This document shows, in pieces, positions 1 through 10,163 of a DNA stretch of 60,303 nucleotides; position 1 is the first letter of the stretch; each line of letters starts with the position of its first letter. The notes under the pieces are model-generated. The model had not been told where the DNA came from, did not search any database, and saw only the letters and a program-made list of their open reading frames with translations. A program made the translations under genes and the position numbers. Origin of the DNA: Acidobacteriota bacterium (lineage in GTDB: Bacteria > Acidobacteriota > Terriglobia > Bryobacterales > UBA6623); NCBI GenBank assembly GCA_027624045.1, contig JAQBUE010000004.1, positions 1 through 60,303 of the forward strand, given 5' to 3'.

Positions 1-55
1 ATCTTGTATTGGAAACACTCCCTCCTTTCAGGATCATCTTGCATTGGACAACTCT
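1..55. mobile_element. Probable terminus of an IS-like element lying mostly outside the window (family not determined)
   Basis: Two tandem copies of ATCTTG(T/C)ATTGGA (1-13, 36-48). 26-55 (TTTCAGGATCATCTTGCATTGGACAACTCT) is a close inverted match to 60238-60268. Confidence 0.5.
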
Positions 56-148
56 GACTGTCACGAGCGCGTACGGGACGATGGTTGCATTAAAGAACAA
101 TTCAAGTAGTCGTGTCGAAATTGGTGAAACCTTCTCGAAGGGAGTGCT

Positions 149-979
149 ATGACCTTTGCTGAAGAATCTCGCACAGCGACGGATCTCTTGTGGGGAAAGA
201 GCGTCGTTGGCGCAATACGTACCGAAACGAACCGCCTAATGATCTCATTCGGAGACGCGACGACGTTGTACGTGGACAGCGAGGGCGAGATTGAGCTGTC
301 AATCGTGGGTGGGAGCGAAGAAGGCGCTCAGCAAGCCCAGCCGCAAGAGATAGAGAGCGGGGGCGAGTTGGGCAGACTCTTATCCGGAGGAGTAGCCGCT
401 TGGAATTTATGGCGCGACGAAAACCCCGAAGTTCGGCCCCACCTTGAAGGGGCTAACCTGGATCAAGAAGACCTTGACCGGGTAGACCTTAGAGCATCAT
501 CCCTTGTGGGCGCGAATTTCGCTGTTGCATCGCTGATCCTAGCTAGACTTTCCTCGGCCAATCTTTCCGGAGCCGATCTAACGGGCGCAAGCGCCGACCA
601 AGCTGATTTCGCGTTGGCAAGCCTTCACGAGGCTTGCTTACGACGGGCAAGTCTGCGGGGCAGCTGCCTAAGGGGCGCCGACCTTAGCGGGGCGAATATG
701 CTCGAAGCGGACTTAACAGCGGCCGACATTAAAGGAGCGGACCTTCGTGGAGCGAATCTGGCTGGGGCAAAGCTGACTGGTGCTAATCTGAGAAACGCGG
801 ACCTGACAGGCTGTGGATTAACGAGAGCGGATTTTCGAGGGGCAGATCTGCGTGGTGCGAACCTTACGAGCGTTGCGCTCCAGGATGCTGTCTTGCATGG
901 AGTGGACCTCAGAGGATCTCGTGTTGACCTCACGCTTCTCAGCTCCGAACAGCGAGAATGCTCGATTCTCGATGAGTAA
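149..979 (+). CDS. Pentapeptide repeat-containing protein
   Basis: Long run of A(D/N)LxG repeats after GVAAWNLWR; GGGAG upstream of the ATG. Confidence 0.9.
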   Translation: MTFAEESRTATDLLWGKSVVGAIRTETNRLMISFGDATTLYVDSEGEIELSIVGGSEEGAQQAQPQEIESGGELGRLLSGGVAAWNLWRDENPEVRPHLEGANLDQEDLDRVDLRASSLVGANFAVASLILARLSSANLSGADLTGASADQADFALASLHEACLRRASLRGSCLRGADLSGANMLEADLTAADIKGADLRGANLAGAKLTGANLRNADLTGCGLTRADFRGADLRGANLTSVALQDAVLHGVDLRGSRVDLTLLSSEQRECSILDE

Positions 980-1010
980 GCCAGCAGGAGTAGTCCCCTA
1001 TCTTTTCCGC

Positions 1011-1766
1011 ATGTCTCGCCATTGGCTGATCGCGTTCCTGGCTTGCCCCCTTCTCTGCGGCCAGCAGTTCGCGCATTACGACATATACCGCGCGGCTTCG
1101 CCTATTGTCGTCGACGGCAAGCTCGACGAGCCGGCTTGGAAGCAGGCGCCCCCCGCGGGCGATTTCCATCCCGTCGGCGATGAGCCGAAAGTTCAGCAGC
1201 AGACGATCGTCAAACTCGCCTGGGACGACGAGAACCTCTACGTTGGCTACTACTGTTTGGACCGCCGTATCTCGGCCTACGTCAGCGAGCGCCATGGACC
1301 GGTTTCACAGGACGATTGCGTGGAATTGTTTCTGAGCCCCAACCCAGCGAAAGTCCGAAACTACTATACGTTCGAGATCAATGTGATCGGTGCCATGCTC
1401 AACCGGAATCGAACAGACTGGTGGACAGGTCCTCCCACCTGGGAACCGGACGGAGTGAAGTATCGTACAACCTGGCACGGCGAATCAAAGAAAAACCCTT
1501 CGAGCGACGACGAACACTGGATTCTCGAGATGGCCGTTCCTTTGCGCAACTTCGCGAAAGATGCTGCTCACATGCCACCCGCCCACGGCGATGAATGGCG
1601 TTTGAACCTCAATCGGCTCGAAGGGGCGGAGGGAGTTCAACAGCCAAGAGGCCAACCGAGAGGGGGCCTGAGTACCTGGTCACCATTGCCCAAAGAGGTT
1701 CGCAGCTTCCACTCGCCGGACTGGTTCGGGTGGGTTCGCTTCGTGGCGAATGCGCCGCCGAAGTAA
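1011..1766 (+). CDS. Secreted carbohydrate-binding family 9-like (DOMON-like) protein
   Basis: Signal-like N-terminus MSRHWLIAFLACPLLCG; motifs IVVDGKLDEPAW, WDDENLY, DDCVELFL, WILEMAVP, WRLNLNR. Start moved from 852 to ATG 1011. Confidence 0.8.
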   Translation: MSRHWLIAFLACPLLCGQQFAHYDIYRAASPIVVDGKLDEPAWKQAPPAGDFHPVGDEPKVQQQTIVKLAWDDENLYVGYYCLDRRISAYVSERHGPVSQDDCVELFLSPNPAKVRNYYTFEINVIGAMLNRNRTDWWTGPPTWEPDGVKYRTTWHGESKKNPSSDDEHWILEMAVPLRNFAKDAAHMPPAHGDEWRLNLNRLEGAEGVQQPRGQPRGGLSTWSPLPKEVRSFHSPDWFGWVRFVANAPPK

Positions 1767-1868
1767 GAGCCCGCTTATTCAGGCGCGAAACAACGTTTCC
1801 GGCGAGACTCCCTGAGGAGCTTCGCCCTCGATCCGCGGAGACGCCTCTCCCCGGGTGTAGTCGCTGCC

Positions 1869-2063
1869 TTAAGCCTGCACAGCGGCGGCTGGCTCGAAAG
1901 CCCGCCTGGCCCGCGCTTGCGCATTCTGCACCAAGGCTTCCGCCTCAATGTGCTGACCCTGCGTCAACAGGTTGGCAGCTTCCTCAACACTCTCCCGTAA
2001 ACTGCTATCCATCTCAAGTTTCTGCAACTGGATGATCGCAGTCCACAGCGTGCTTTCAGTCAT
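1869..2063 (-). CDS. Small hypothetical helical protein
   Basis: 64-aa ORF with protein-like composition filling the gap downstream of the amidohydrolase; no motif recognised. Confidence 0.4.
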   Translation of the reverse strand: MTESTLWTAIIQLQKLEMDSSLRESVEEAANLLTQGQHIEAEALVQNAQARARRAFEPAAAVQA

Positions 2064-2160
2064 TCATTGTGGACCAATTGAACCCATAGTTATCTTAACC
2101 TGGATCAGCTTCATTACAAAGACCTGATTCGCGTTTCGGGTGAAAAAAGGCACAACAACC

Positions 2161-3912
2161 TCATTTCTCGCGTTCGTAAACGACTTTTCCACCGACAATC
2201 GTCCGGACAGCCTCGATGTCCTTGATCTGTCGCTCTGGGCAAGTCAAGTAGTCCATGGAGATGACGACCATGTCGGCCAGCTTGCCGGGCTCGATCGAGC
2301 CCTTCACTTCTTCGTCGAAGGAATGATACGCGGCGTTCCAAGTCCACATCTTCAGCGCCTGTTCCCGCGTCAGGCGCTGCTCGGGGCTATAGACTTCGCC
2401 CGTGATCGTTTTCCTCGTGATCGTCATCCACATGCCATAGAAAGGATGGTAAGGATTGATCGCGGTGCGAGAATCGAACTTGATCATGTGGTCAGTGCCC
2501 CCGGCGACGATGAGACCGGCATCGAAAAGGGATTTTAGCGGCTGAAAGGTTTTCATTCTTTCCGGTCCCAGAACTTCAGAAAGCGCCGGGCCGTCGAGGT
2601 GGTACCAGGCAGGTTGTACATCGACGAGCACCCCTAGCTCCTTGGCTTTGCGGATGGACTGTTCGTTTTGAAAGTTAGAGTGAATCAGCGTGAAGCGGCG
2701 GTCGCGAATGGATTCTTCCCGGTCTGCCGCTTCAAAAGCCTCTAACAACAGATCGGTGGATCCTCCGCCGGTGGTGTGAGCCGACATTTGCCAGCCGAGT
2801 TTGGCGCCGAACTGAACCCACTTGAAGAGCTTTTCGCGTGGCAGGCGCAGCACCCCTCGAAAGTCCGGATCATCGTATCCGTAAACCTCGGTGTGCGTGC
2901 CGTAGGGTGTTCGCAGATAGGCCGTGCCAATCAGGATGCCGCCATCAAGCACCACCTTCAGTCCCCCGACCCGCAGGAAGTCGTCGCCAAAGCCCGTCAG
3001 AGGCGCAAACCGCTCAGTCTGCTCCAATAGTTGTTCAATCGGCTCTTCCCCGCTGAGCAGTACGGTCATGTTTGTGCGGACCTGCATCTCGCCCCGCTCC
3101 CATAAACGTTGATAGGTGCGAATGCCTTCGGGACGCAGCGCGCGGTCGATCACACTCGTCAGGCCGGCACCGCTGTATGCCTTTTGCATCTTACGCAGCG
3201 CCCAGAGCCGATCCTCGTCGCTGAACTGACGTTGTTCGATAAGTCCGCTGACGATCTGCCGTGCGCCCAGTATCAAGCCCGTGGGCTCGCCGTCGTCGTT
3301 GCGGATGATCTTTCCGTTGGCGGGCTCCGGTGTATCGCGATCGACATCGACAGCCCGAAGCGCCGCCGAATTCAAGGCGGAGGAGTAGCCGTTGTCGAGC
3401 ATGACTTTGTGGTCGCCGCTGAATTCATCAAGCTCCCAGCGCGTCGGATAGCGGCGCTCTGTAAGGCGTGTGGAGTAGACCTTCGGAATAAAGATCAGTT
3501 CGTCGGCAGGCATGGACCGAACAGCCCGCTCAACGTAGGCGCGGATGTCACCGAAACTCTTCATGATCGGGATCTCGCCGTCGCGCTCGGCCAAGCCCGC
3601 CATGATGGCATGGACGTGAGCGTCGATCAGGCCCGGCACAACCGTCTTGCCGTCAAGATCAATCTGTACCGTGCGCGGGCCGATCGTGCGCCCAACCTCT
3701 TGAGTCGTGCCGACGGCCAGGAACCGCCCGTCAGCAATCGTTACGGCCTCGACAACCGGCTGCTCGCCCCACATCGTGATGATCTTGCCGTTGTAGTACA
3801 TCGTGTCGGCCGGACCCGATGGGACGCGCCTCGCGCGCGGTTCAGCGGCCAGCAATGTCGTCAGAATGAGCGTGGCTTGTAGCACCAGAAAGATGCGGCG
3901 ATAGTCAATCAT
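2161..3912 (-). CDS. Secreted amidohydrolase family 3 (YtcJ-like) metallohydrolase
   Basis: Signal peptide; PGLIDAHVH, LKVVLDG, GTD and GSIEPGKLADMVV motifs. Confidence 0.9.
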   Translation of the reverse strand: MIDYRRIFLVLQATLILTTLLAAEPRARRVPSGPADTMYYNGKIITMWGEQPVVEAVTIADGRFLAVGTTQEVGRTIGPRTVQIDLDGKTVVPGLIDAHVHAIMAGLAERDGEIPIMKSFGDIRAYVERAVRSMPADELIFIPKVYSTRLTERRYPTRWELDEFSGDHKVMLDNGYSSALNSAALRAVDVDRDTPEPANGKIIRNDDGEPTGLILGARQIVSGLIEQRQFSDEDRLWALRKMQKAYSGAGLTSVIDRALRPEGIRTYQRLWERGEMQVRTNMTVLLSGEEPIEQLLEQTERFAPLTGFGDDFLRVGGLKVVLDGGILIGTAYLRTPYGTHTEVYGYDDPDFRGVLRLPREKLFKWVQFGAKLGWQMSAHTTGGGSTDLLLEAFEAADREESIRDRRFTLIHSNFQNEQSIRKAKELGVLVDVQPAWYHLDGPALSEVLGPERMKTFQPLKSLFDAGLIVAGGTDHMIKFDSRTAINPYHPFYGMWMTITRKTITGEVYSPEQRLTREQALKMWTWNAAYHSFDEEVKGSIEPGKLADMVVISMDYLTCPERQIKDIEAVRTIVGGKVVYEREK

Positions 3913-4091
3913 GATTCCCGTTCCGGGAGCGCCGAATCGCAGCTACGGCGCTCGCATCGATATGGTCGCCAGCATAGCAGCAAGCAATCGCGCACGGCTT
4001 CCACCGTCGTGCGCTCGGCGTAGCGGCGCGCCCGCCGACCGAAGCTCTATGATGAGAATCCTCTCGTTCGTCCCTCGACCTTTAACTCGAT

Positions 4092-4700
4092 ATGCCGAAG
4101 GCGCTTCTCTTCGATCTCGGAGACGTTATCATCGGTCTCGACTTCCGCAAGGTCTATGAAGCTGCCGCGACGCTCAGTCGCTTCAGTGCCGAAGAGATTC
4201 CCCGCGTCATCAGCCGCGCGAATCTCGCGAGCCCCTATGAGCGTGGCGAGATGTCAAACGACGAATTCCATCGCCGCTTTTGCGACGCGCTCCAGATCGA
4301 GATCGACTACGGCCCCTTCGAACAGTTGTGGGCTGATATGTTTCAACCGCGGCCTCTGCTACCGGACGCTTTGTTCAACGGACTGAAACGCAACCATCGC
4401 CTGCTATTGTTGTCGAATACCAACGACATTCATTTCCGTTTCATTCGTCAACACTATCCCCTGCTGCGTCACTTCGATGACTTCGTGCTTTCCTACGAAG
4501 TAGGCGTCATGAAGCCCGACGCCGGCATTTATTCCGAAGCGGTGCGGCGGACCGGAGCACCTCCGCCGGAATGCTTCTTCGTCGATGACAAGCAGATAAA
4601 CGTCGACGCGGCACGCGAGGCGGGCATCGATGCCGTGCGGTTTGAGGGTCACGAGCGGCTCGAAAGCGAACTGCGGCAGCGAGGTGTCCGGTGGGAGTAA
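4092..4700 (+). CDS. HAD-family phosphatase (YihX-like)
   Basis: Motif I LLFDLGDV, LSNTN, MKPD, FFVDD. Confidence 0.9.
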   Translation: MPKALLFDLGDVIIGLDFRKVYEAAATLSRFSAEEIPRVISRANLASPYERGEMSNDEFHRRFCDALQIEIDYGPFEQLWADMFQPRPLLPDALFNGLKRNHRLLLLSNTNDIHFRFIRQHYPLLRHFDDFVLSYEVGVMKPDAGIYSEAVRRTGAPPPECFFVDDKQINVDAAREAGIDAVRFEGHERLESELRQRGVRWE

Positions 4701-6139
4701 TCAGGGAATTGCTGTCGCGGCGTCGCTTGCTGCAAGCAGCTTCCCTGTCTCTGCCCGCATCGCTCTTGCTACGCTGCTCCTCATCTTCGACCTCCATGTT
4801 CAAACTTTCCCATTTCGCGGCTGACGTCACGCCGCCACTCGGGCATGGTTTGCTCGCAGGCGTGATTGAGCCTGCGCGTGAGATTATTGATCCGTTGTTC
4901 GCTCACGGGATTGTTCTTTCGGGAGCCGGATCGCCGATCGTAATCGTCGGCGTTGATTGGTGCGAGATTCGCAACGATGCGCACGAGCGCTGGCGGCTGG
5001 TGTTGGCTGAGGCCGCCGGAACCGTTCCGGAAAGAGTGCTCGTCAGCAGCCTCCATCAGCACGACACCCCCGTCATGGACCTCGAAGCGCAACGGCTGCT
5101 CGACGAGCAGGGTCTCGCAGGCTTGTTCTGTGATCCTGAGTTCAACGAACGCACCTTGAGCCATGTCGCCGCGGCACTGCGCGACAGCCTGTCGTCGGCT
5201 CGCGCCGTGACCCACATCGGAACTGGACAGGCGCGTGTTGAGAACGTTGCCTCAAACAGGCGCGTCGAGACTCCCGACGGACGCGTTTCGTTCGACCGCT
5301 CGGCGATTGTCCCCGAGGCCGAGTTCCGCGCCCTGCCCGAGGGGCTGATTGATCCCTGGCTCAAGACCCTCAGCTTTTGGGATGGCGATGAACCGCTGGC
5401 GGCGGTTTCGTGCTTTGCCGTCCACCCCATCACCTACTACGGTCAAGGGCAGGTATCGAGCGACTACGTAGGGCTGGCGCGCGCGCGGCGGCAGCAGGAT
5501 CTGCCCGCGGTGGCCCAGGTCTACCTCACCGGCTGCGCGGGCGATGTCGTCGCCGGCAAATACAACGATGGCAATCCGGCGAACCGCCCCGTGCTCGCCG
5601 AGCGTGTCTACACGGCGATGCGAGAGGCTTGGGAGACGACTCGCAAGCAGCCGCTCGATCGCATTGATGTACGCAACGTTCCCTTGGACCTGCCGCTACG
5701 ATCCTCGCCCGGCTTCACGCAAGAGAACCAGCAGAAAGAGCTGCGAGATCCCGCACTCCCCAACTCAACCCGCGCGCTAGCGGCCACCGGTTTGAGCTGG
5801 TGGAAGCGGCACGGCGACGGCAAACGGCTCGATATCCCGGTCGTCGACTTCGGTTCCGCGCGGCTGTTGCTGCTGCCGGGCGAGACCTTCGTGCAGTATC
5901 AGCTTTGGGCCCAGCGGATGCGGCCCGACTTGTTTGTGATCGCAGTCGGGTATGGCGATTGCGCGCCGGGGTACGTCCCGACGCGCCAAGCCACGGCGGA
6001 TGGATTCGACCAGCGCCGCCGCTCGATCAAGACCTGGATGTGGGCTGATCCCGAGCGTTCCGAGGAAGCGATGCTGACGGCCCTTGCCGAAGCGATGGAA
6101 GTGGAAGGCGCCCCGGGAAACTGGCGGCGCAAAACGTAG
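4691..6139 (+). CDS. Exported neutral/alkaline ceramidase-like hypothetical protein
   Basis: Twin-arginine-like SRRRLL; ADVTPP, DPL, HQHDTP, AVHP, GCAGD and LPGETF motifs typical of this uncharacterised family. Confidence 0.7.
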   Translation: MGVIRELLSRRRLLQAASLSLPASLLLRCSSSSTSMFKLSHFAADVTPPLGHGLLAGVIEPAREIIDPLFAHGIVLSGAGSPIVIVGVDWCEIRNDAHERWRLVLAEAAGTVPERVLVSSLHQHDTPVMDLEAQRLLDEQGLAGLFCDPEFNERTLSHVAAALRDSLSSARAVTHIGTGQARVENVASNRRVETPDGRVSFDRSAIVPEAEFRALPEGLIDPWLKTLSFWDGDEPLAAVSCFAVHPITYYGQGQVSSDYVGLARARRQQDLPAVAQVYLTGCAGDVVAGKYNDGNPANRPVLAERVYTAMREAWETTRKQPLDRIDVRNVPLDLPLRSSPGFTQENQQKELRDPALPNSTRALAATGLSWWKRHGDGKRLDIPVVDFGSARLLLLPGETFVQYQLWAQRMRPDLFVIAVGYGDCAPGYVPTRQATADGFDQRRRSIKTWMWADPERSEEAMLTALAEAMEVEGAPGNWRRKT

Positions 6140-6149
6140 CCAGTGAAAA

Positions 6150-6437
6150 CTATTCGATCACCGCGAGAATCTCATCCTCGCGAAGGATCAACACGTCTTC
6201 GCCGTCCACGGTCACATCGGAGCCTGAATACTTCCCGAAAAGGACCTTGTCACCGGCCTTCACGTCGAGTGCGATGACTTTGCCGTCATCCCCATGTTTG
6301 CCGGGACCGGCAGCGACAACTTCGCCGCGCTGCGGTTTTTCTTTCGCGGAATCCGGAATGATGATGCCGCCTTTGACCTGCTCTGCTTCTTCGGTACGGC
6401 GAACCACGACACGGTCGCCCAACGGTTTCAACGTCAC
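6150..6437 (-). CDS. groES: Co-chaperonin GroES
   Basis: [40 protein letters not shown] start at 6437 follows AAGAGGAG. Confidence 0.97.
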   Translation of the reverse strand: MTLKPLGDRVVVRRTEEAEQVKGGIIIPDSAKEKPQRGEVVAAGPGKHGDDGKVIALDVKAGDKVLFGKYSGSDVTVDGEDVLILREDEILAVIE

Positions 6438-6497
6438 TGGTGTAATCTCCTCTTGAGTAATCAAGCGGGCTTGCGCCCTGCGTAAAAATCGAATCGC

Positions 6498-6527
6498 AGG
6501 CTAACAACGCGCCGCGACGAGTGTCAA
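6498..6527 (-). promoter_or_regulatory. Putative sigma70 promoter of groES
   Basis: Minus strand TTGACA-18 bp-TAGCCT with TGn extension; TTGACACTC also resembles one CIRCE half-site. Confidence 0.4.
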
Positions 6528-6541
6528 CACGATGAGCGGCG

Positions 6542-7036
6542 TCAGACCGGCAGCGTTGCGGCTTTCACCTTCTCCGTTTGCGCTTCTCTAAACTTGACGA
6601 GTTTCTCGCGCAACTCCGGCCGTTTCAATGCCAGGATCGCAATAGCCAGCAGAGCGGCGTTCTTGGCGCCCGCTTTGCCAATCGCGAGAGTCCCTACCGG
6701 TATCCCCGCCGGCATCTGGACAGTTGAAAGTAACGAGTCGAGTCCGTTCAAGACGCTCGTCATCGGCACGCCGAGGACGGGCAGAATCGTGTGCGCCGCG
6801 ACAACGCCGGCCAAGTGGGCGGCTCCGCCGGCGGCGGCGATCATCACTTCCATGCCGCGCCCTTCAGCCGCTGAGACGAACTCCACCGTAGCCTGCGGCG
6901 TGCGGTGCGCCGAAAGCGCCTTGCACTCGTGGGCGACGCCGAATTCCTTGAGGACATCGGAGGCGTTCTTCATCGTTTCCCAATCGGAAGTGCTGCCCAT
7001 CAGGATGCCGACCAGTGGTTTCTCTTGATCCGCCAT
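6542..7036 (-). CDS. purE: N5-carboxyaminoimidazole ribonucleotide mutase
   Basis: MGSTSD, SAHRTP, AGGAAHLAG, STVQMPAGIPV. Confidence 0.97.
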   Translation of the reverse strand: MADQEKPLVGILMGSTSDWETMKNASDVLKEFGVAHECKALSAHRTPQATVEFVSAAEGRGMEVMIAAAGGAAHLAGVVAAHTILPVLGVPMTSVLNGLDSLLSTVQMPAGIPVGTLAIGKAGAKNAALLAIAILALKRPELREKLVKFREAQTEKVKAATLPV

Positions 7037-7174
7037 TCGCTATCTCGCTTTCTAAACTCCCAACGCCCCAGGCGACCCGAACTCAATGAGACGGCCCGGA
7101 TCGGCTCCAGGGTGAACCCAGGGTATATATATACTGTTACGGTTTCTCGAACCGAAAACCCAGCGGAGGACTCT

Positions 7175-8179
7175 GTGAATCAAGCAGTTGGGCTCATTAT
7201 TCTAGCATCGACGCTTTGCCTCGCCGCGCTCGGCGGATCGGCCTGCGCGCCGCCCCCGGAATCGCCGCCCCAGAGCACCCCGGCGGTCGCTGGGCCCGCG
7301 CTTGAAATCGCGGCCACCATCGCGTTTGGCGAGGGCCCGACTGTTTATAAGGATGGCAGCGTCTTCTTCACCGACACCTACGGCGAACGCATCATGAAAC
7401 TCTCGCCCGACGGCGAGGTATCAGTATTTCGGCATCCCAGCAACAGCGCCAACGGACTGATCTTCGATGCCCAATGGCGCTTGATTGCCTGCGAAGGCAG
7501 TGACGCCAAAACCCACAAGCCCAGGCTTACCCGCACCAACATGGAAACCGGTGAGGTCGAGGTCATTGCTGATTCGTTCGGGGGCAAGCGCCTCAACCAA
7601 CCCAACGACGTTACTTTCGATAGCCAGGGCCGGCTCTACTTCAGCGATCGGCCGCGCAAGAATCCGGCGCCTGACCAGAGCAACATCGACGCGGTTTACC
7701 GGATCGATACCGATGGCTCGATCCATCAGATCCTCAAGGCCCCCGATATCGACAAGCCGAACGGGCTTGTGATTTCACCGGATGAGAAGACTTTCTATTT
7801 GATCGAAGCGCATCCGGATGAAGGCCACGCCCGTATGATTCGCGCCTACGACCTGCAGCCGGATGGCAGCGTCACCAACATGCGGGTCTTCCACGATTTC
7901 TACCCCGGACGCAGCGGCGACGGCATGACGATCGATAGCCAGGGGAATCTCTACGTCGCGGCCGGGCTGAATCGCCTGCGTGGCACGAGCGAGACACTTG
8001 ACACCAAGTGCGGTATCCATGTTTTCTCGCCCGACGGCGCATTGAAGCAGTTCATCCCCATCTACGAAGACACACTCACGAATGTCGCTTTTGGCGGACC
8101 AGATTTGAAGACCCTTTACGCGGTGGCGGGGAAAACGCTTTTCAAGTTTCGAACTGAAATCGAGGGCACACGGCGCTAG
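7175..8179 (+). CDS. SMP-30/gluconolactonase/LRE family protein, probable lipoprotein
   Basis: GTG after GGAGGA; lipobox-like GGSAC; EGP, NGL, NQPND, PNGL, DGMTID, TNVAFGG. Confidence 0.88.
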   Translation: MNQAVGLIILASTLCLAALGGSACAPPPESPPQSTPAVAGPALEIAATIAFGEGPTVYKDGSVFFTDTYGERIMKLSPDGEVSVFRHPSNSANGLIFDAQWRLIACEGSDAKTHKPRLTRTNMETGEVEVIADSFGGKRLNQPNDVTFDSQGRLYFSDRPRKNPAPDQSNIDAVYRIDTDGSIHQILKAPDIDKPNGLVISPDEKTFYLIEAHPDEGHARMIRAYDLQPDGSVTNMRVFHDFYPGRSGDGMTIDSQGNLYVAAGLNRLRGTSETLDTKCGIHVFSPDGALKQFIPIYEDTLTNVAFGGPDLKTLYAVAGKTLFKFRTEIEGTRR

Positions 8180-8212
8180 GCGGCTACCCTCAAAAGCGGT
8201 CACAATAAGGGT

Positions 8213-9385
8213 ATGAAGCTATCAAGTCGTATGGAAGGCGTCCGCGGCGAGGGCGCATTTGATGTTCTCGTAAAAGCGCGGGCGCTCGAAGCTCAGGGAC
8301 TGTCGATCATCCACATGGAGATCGGCGAACCCGATTTCCCGACGCCGTCCAACATCGTCGAGGCCGGGCGGCAAGCCTTGTCCGATGGCTGGACCAAGTA
8401 TGGTCCAACCCAGGGTGATCCGGAACTGCGCGAGGTCATCGCCGAGAGGGTGTCCGAGACACGCGGTATCCAGGTGACCGAGGAGAATGTCGTTGTTACT
8501 CCCGGCGGCAAGCCCATTCTGTTCTTCCCCCTGCTGGCGTTGCTCGAACCGGGCGACGAGGTACTCTACCCCAACCCGAGCTTCCCGATTTACGAATCCG
8601 TCATTCGCTATTGCGGCGCCAGGCCCGTGCCGCTGCCGCTCATCGAAGAGCGCGGGTTTTCCATCGACATCGATATGTTGCGCGCGAAGCTCTCGCCGCG
8701 CACAAAGATGCTCATCATCAACTCGCCCCAGAACCCGACCGGCGGCGTGATCCCCGAGGAAGATATTCGGGCCATCGCCGACGCCGTGCGTGACCACGAC
8801 ATCATGATCCTGTCGGACGAGGTCTACAGCAACATCTATTTCGACCGCAAGCCGTTCTCGATCGCGTCGCTGCAAGGCATGCCGGAGAGAACGATCATCC
8901 TCGACGGCTTCTCGAAAACCTACTCGATGACCGGCTGGCGGATGGGCTATGGCGTCATGCCGAAGTGGCTCGTGAAGGGCGTCTGCCTGCTGATGGTGAA
9001 CTGTGTGTCGCACACCGCCAGTTTTACGCAGCGCGCCGGGATGGAAGCGCTCTCGGGGCCGCAAGACGCCGTCAAGGAGATGGTCGCGGAGTTCAAGCGC
9101 AGGCGCGAGGTGATCGTCGATGGCTTCAACCGCATTCCAGGGTTTAGCTGCGCCACCCCCGGCGGCGCTTTCTACGCCTTCCCTAACATCAAAGGGACCG
9201 GCATTCCCTCGGACGAGTTGGCCGACCGCATCCTCCATGAAGCCGGTGTCGCCTGCCTGACCGGAACGAGCTTTGGGACCTGGGGCGAAGGCTACCTGCG
9301 TTTCAGCTACGCCACCGCGCTCGACCAGATCCACGAAGCCCTCGACCGCATCGACAAGCTCATGCGCGGCATCGTCCGTTCCTGA
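8213..9385 (+). CDS. PLP-dependent class I/II aminotransferase (aspartate aminotransferase-like)
   Basis: GEPDF, NSPQNPTG, SDEVY, GFSKTYSMTGWRMG. Confidence 0.95.
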   Translation: MKLSSRMEGVRGEGAFDVLVKARALEAQGLSIIHMEIGEPDFPTPSNIVEAGRQALSDGWTKYGPTQGDPELREVIAERVSETRGIQVTEENVVVTPGGKPILFFPLLALLEPGDEVLYPNPSFPIYESVIRYCGARPVPLPLIEERGFSIDIDMLRAKLSPRTKMLIINSPQNPTGGVIPEEDIRAIADAVRDHDIMILSDEVYSNIYFDRKPFSIASLQGMPERTIILDGFSKTYSMTGWRMGYGVMPKWLVKGVCLLMVNCVSHTASFTQRAGMEALSGPQDAVKEMVAEFKRRREVIVDGFNRIPGFSCATPGGAFYAFPNIKGTGIPSDELADRILHEAGVACLTGTSFGTWGEGYLRFSYATALDQIHEALDRIDKLMRGIVRS

Positions 9386-9497
9386 ACCGTATTGATCTGT
9401 TGAGCCGCCGATCGTCAGCGGGGCCGTGCAACACTTTGCATCATTTTGCAACACCTGGGAGTTTTGCTTGCTCTTTTAGCCCGCCTGTCTGGGCTTG

Positions 9498-10132
9498 CTA
9501 ACTTACTTGTTTGCAGGCACTTGACGGGCGCAGTCCGGTTTGAGCCCTCGATCACTGTGTTGCACGTGTTTGTCATGTTGAAAAGTGCCGTCGAGTGCGC
9601 CCCGGACCAAAATGCACGGGCGCCGAGCGGGTCGCGCCTGATGCGGATGGCTTTCTCACGAATGTCGCCCCGCCACGTTCGGGAGAGTGCAGGCCGCAGC
9701 CATGGCAAGTATAACCCGAGGCGGGGCGGCTAACGGGCGTCAGAAAGTGTAAGTTGTTGCAGGGTAAGAAGATAAATTCGGTGAAGCGGCGTGACCGGTG
9801 TTTCGTGAAATGCTGTTAGGCGGTTGATTGGTCGCGCCATTTAAGCCGGATTGGGTTGAGCCGGATGGGCAGCGCGGCCTGTTGGGTTCGTTTCGTATCT
9901 TTTCCTTGCACGGCATGAGGTGGGTCTCGATACGCTGATCCGCGGATTTGATGACCGGTTGGTTGGGCGGGGGCTCGAAGAGTTAGGGGGACACCCTGGA
10001 TCGGCTGGGATTGTCGGCCTGCGGCTTGTAAGTTGTTGAAAACAAGGGATTGATGTGGGTGCTATTGATCTGGCGACGGAGCGATCACGGGTTGGCGTTG
10101 TGACCGTAAGTGACTTGTTTCAAATGAGTTAG
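9498..10132. repeat. Non-coding stretch with four related TAA(G/C)...TTGTT motifs (IHF/recombination-site-like)
   Basis: CTAACTTACTTGTTTGCAGG (~9498), GTAAGTTGTTGCAGG (~9749), GTAAGTTGTTGAAAACAAG (~10028), GTAAGTGACTTGTTTCAAATGAGTTA (~10106). Confidence 0.4.
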
Positions 10133-10163
10133 TTCTTGTATGGGATGGTCTGAGGCACCTAGT

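Noticed and set aside
6501-6527. Full CIRCE element upstream of groES
   Set aside because: One arm matches 7 of 9 positions but the other only about 4 of 9; better explained as a -35 box.
8222-9454. 410-aa minus-strand ORF
   Set aside because: Antisense shadow of the aminotransferase; no motifs; expected in high-GC DNA.
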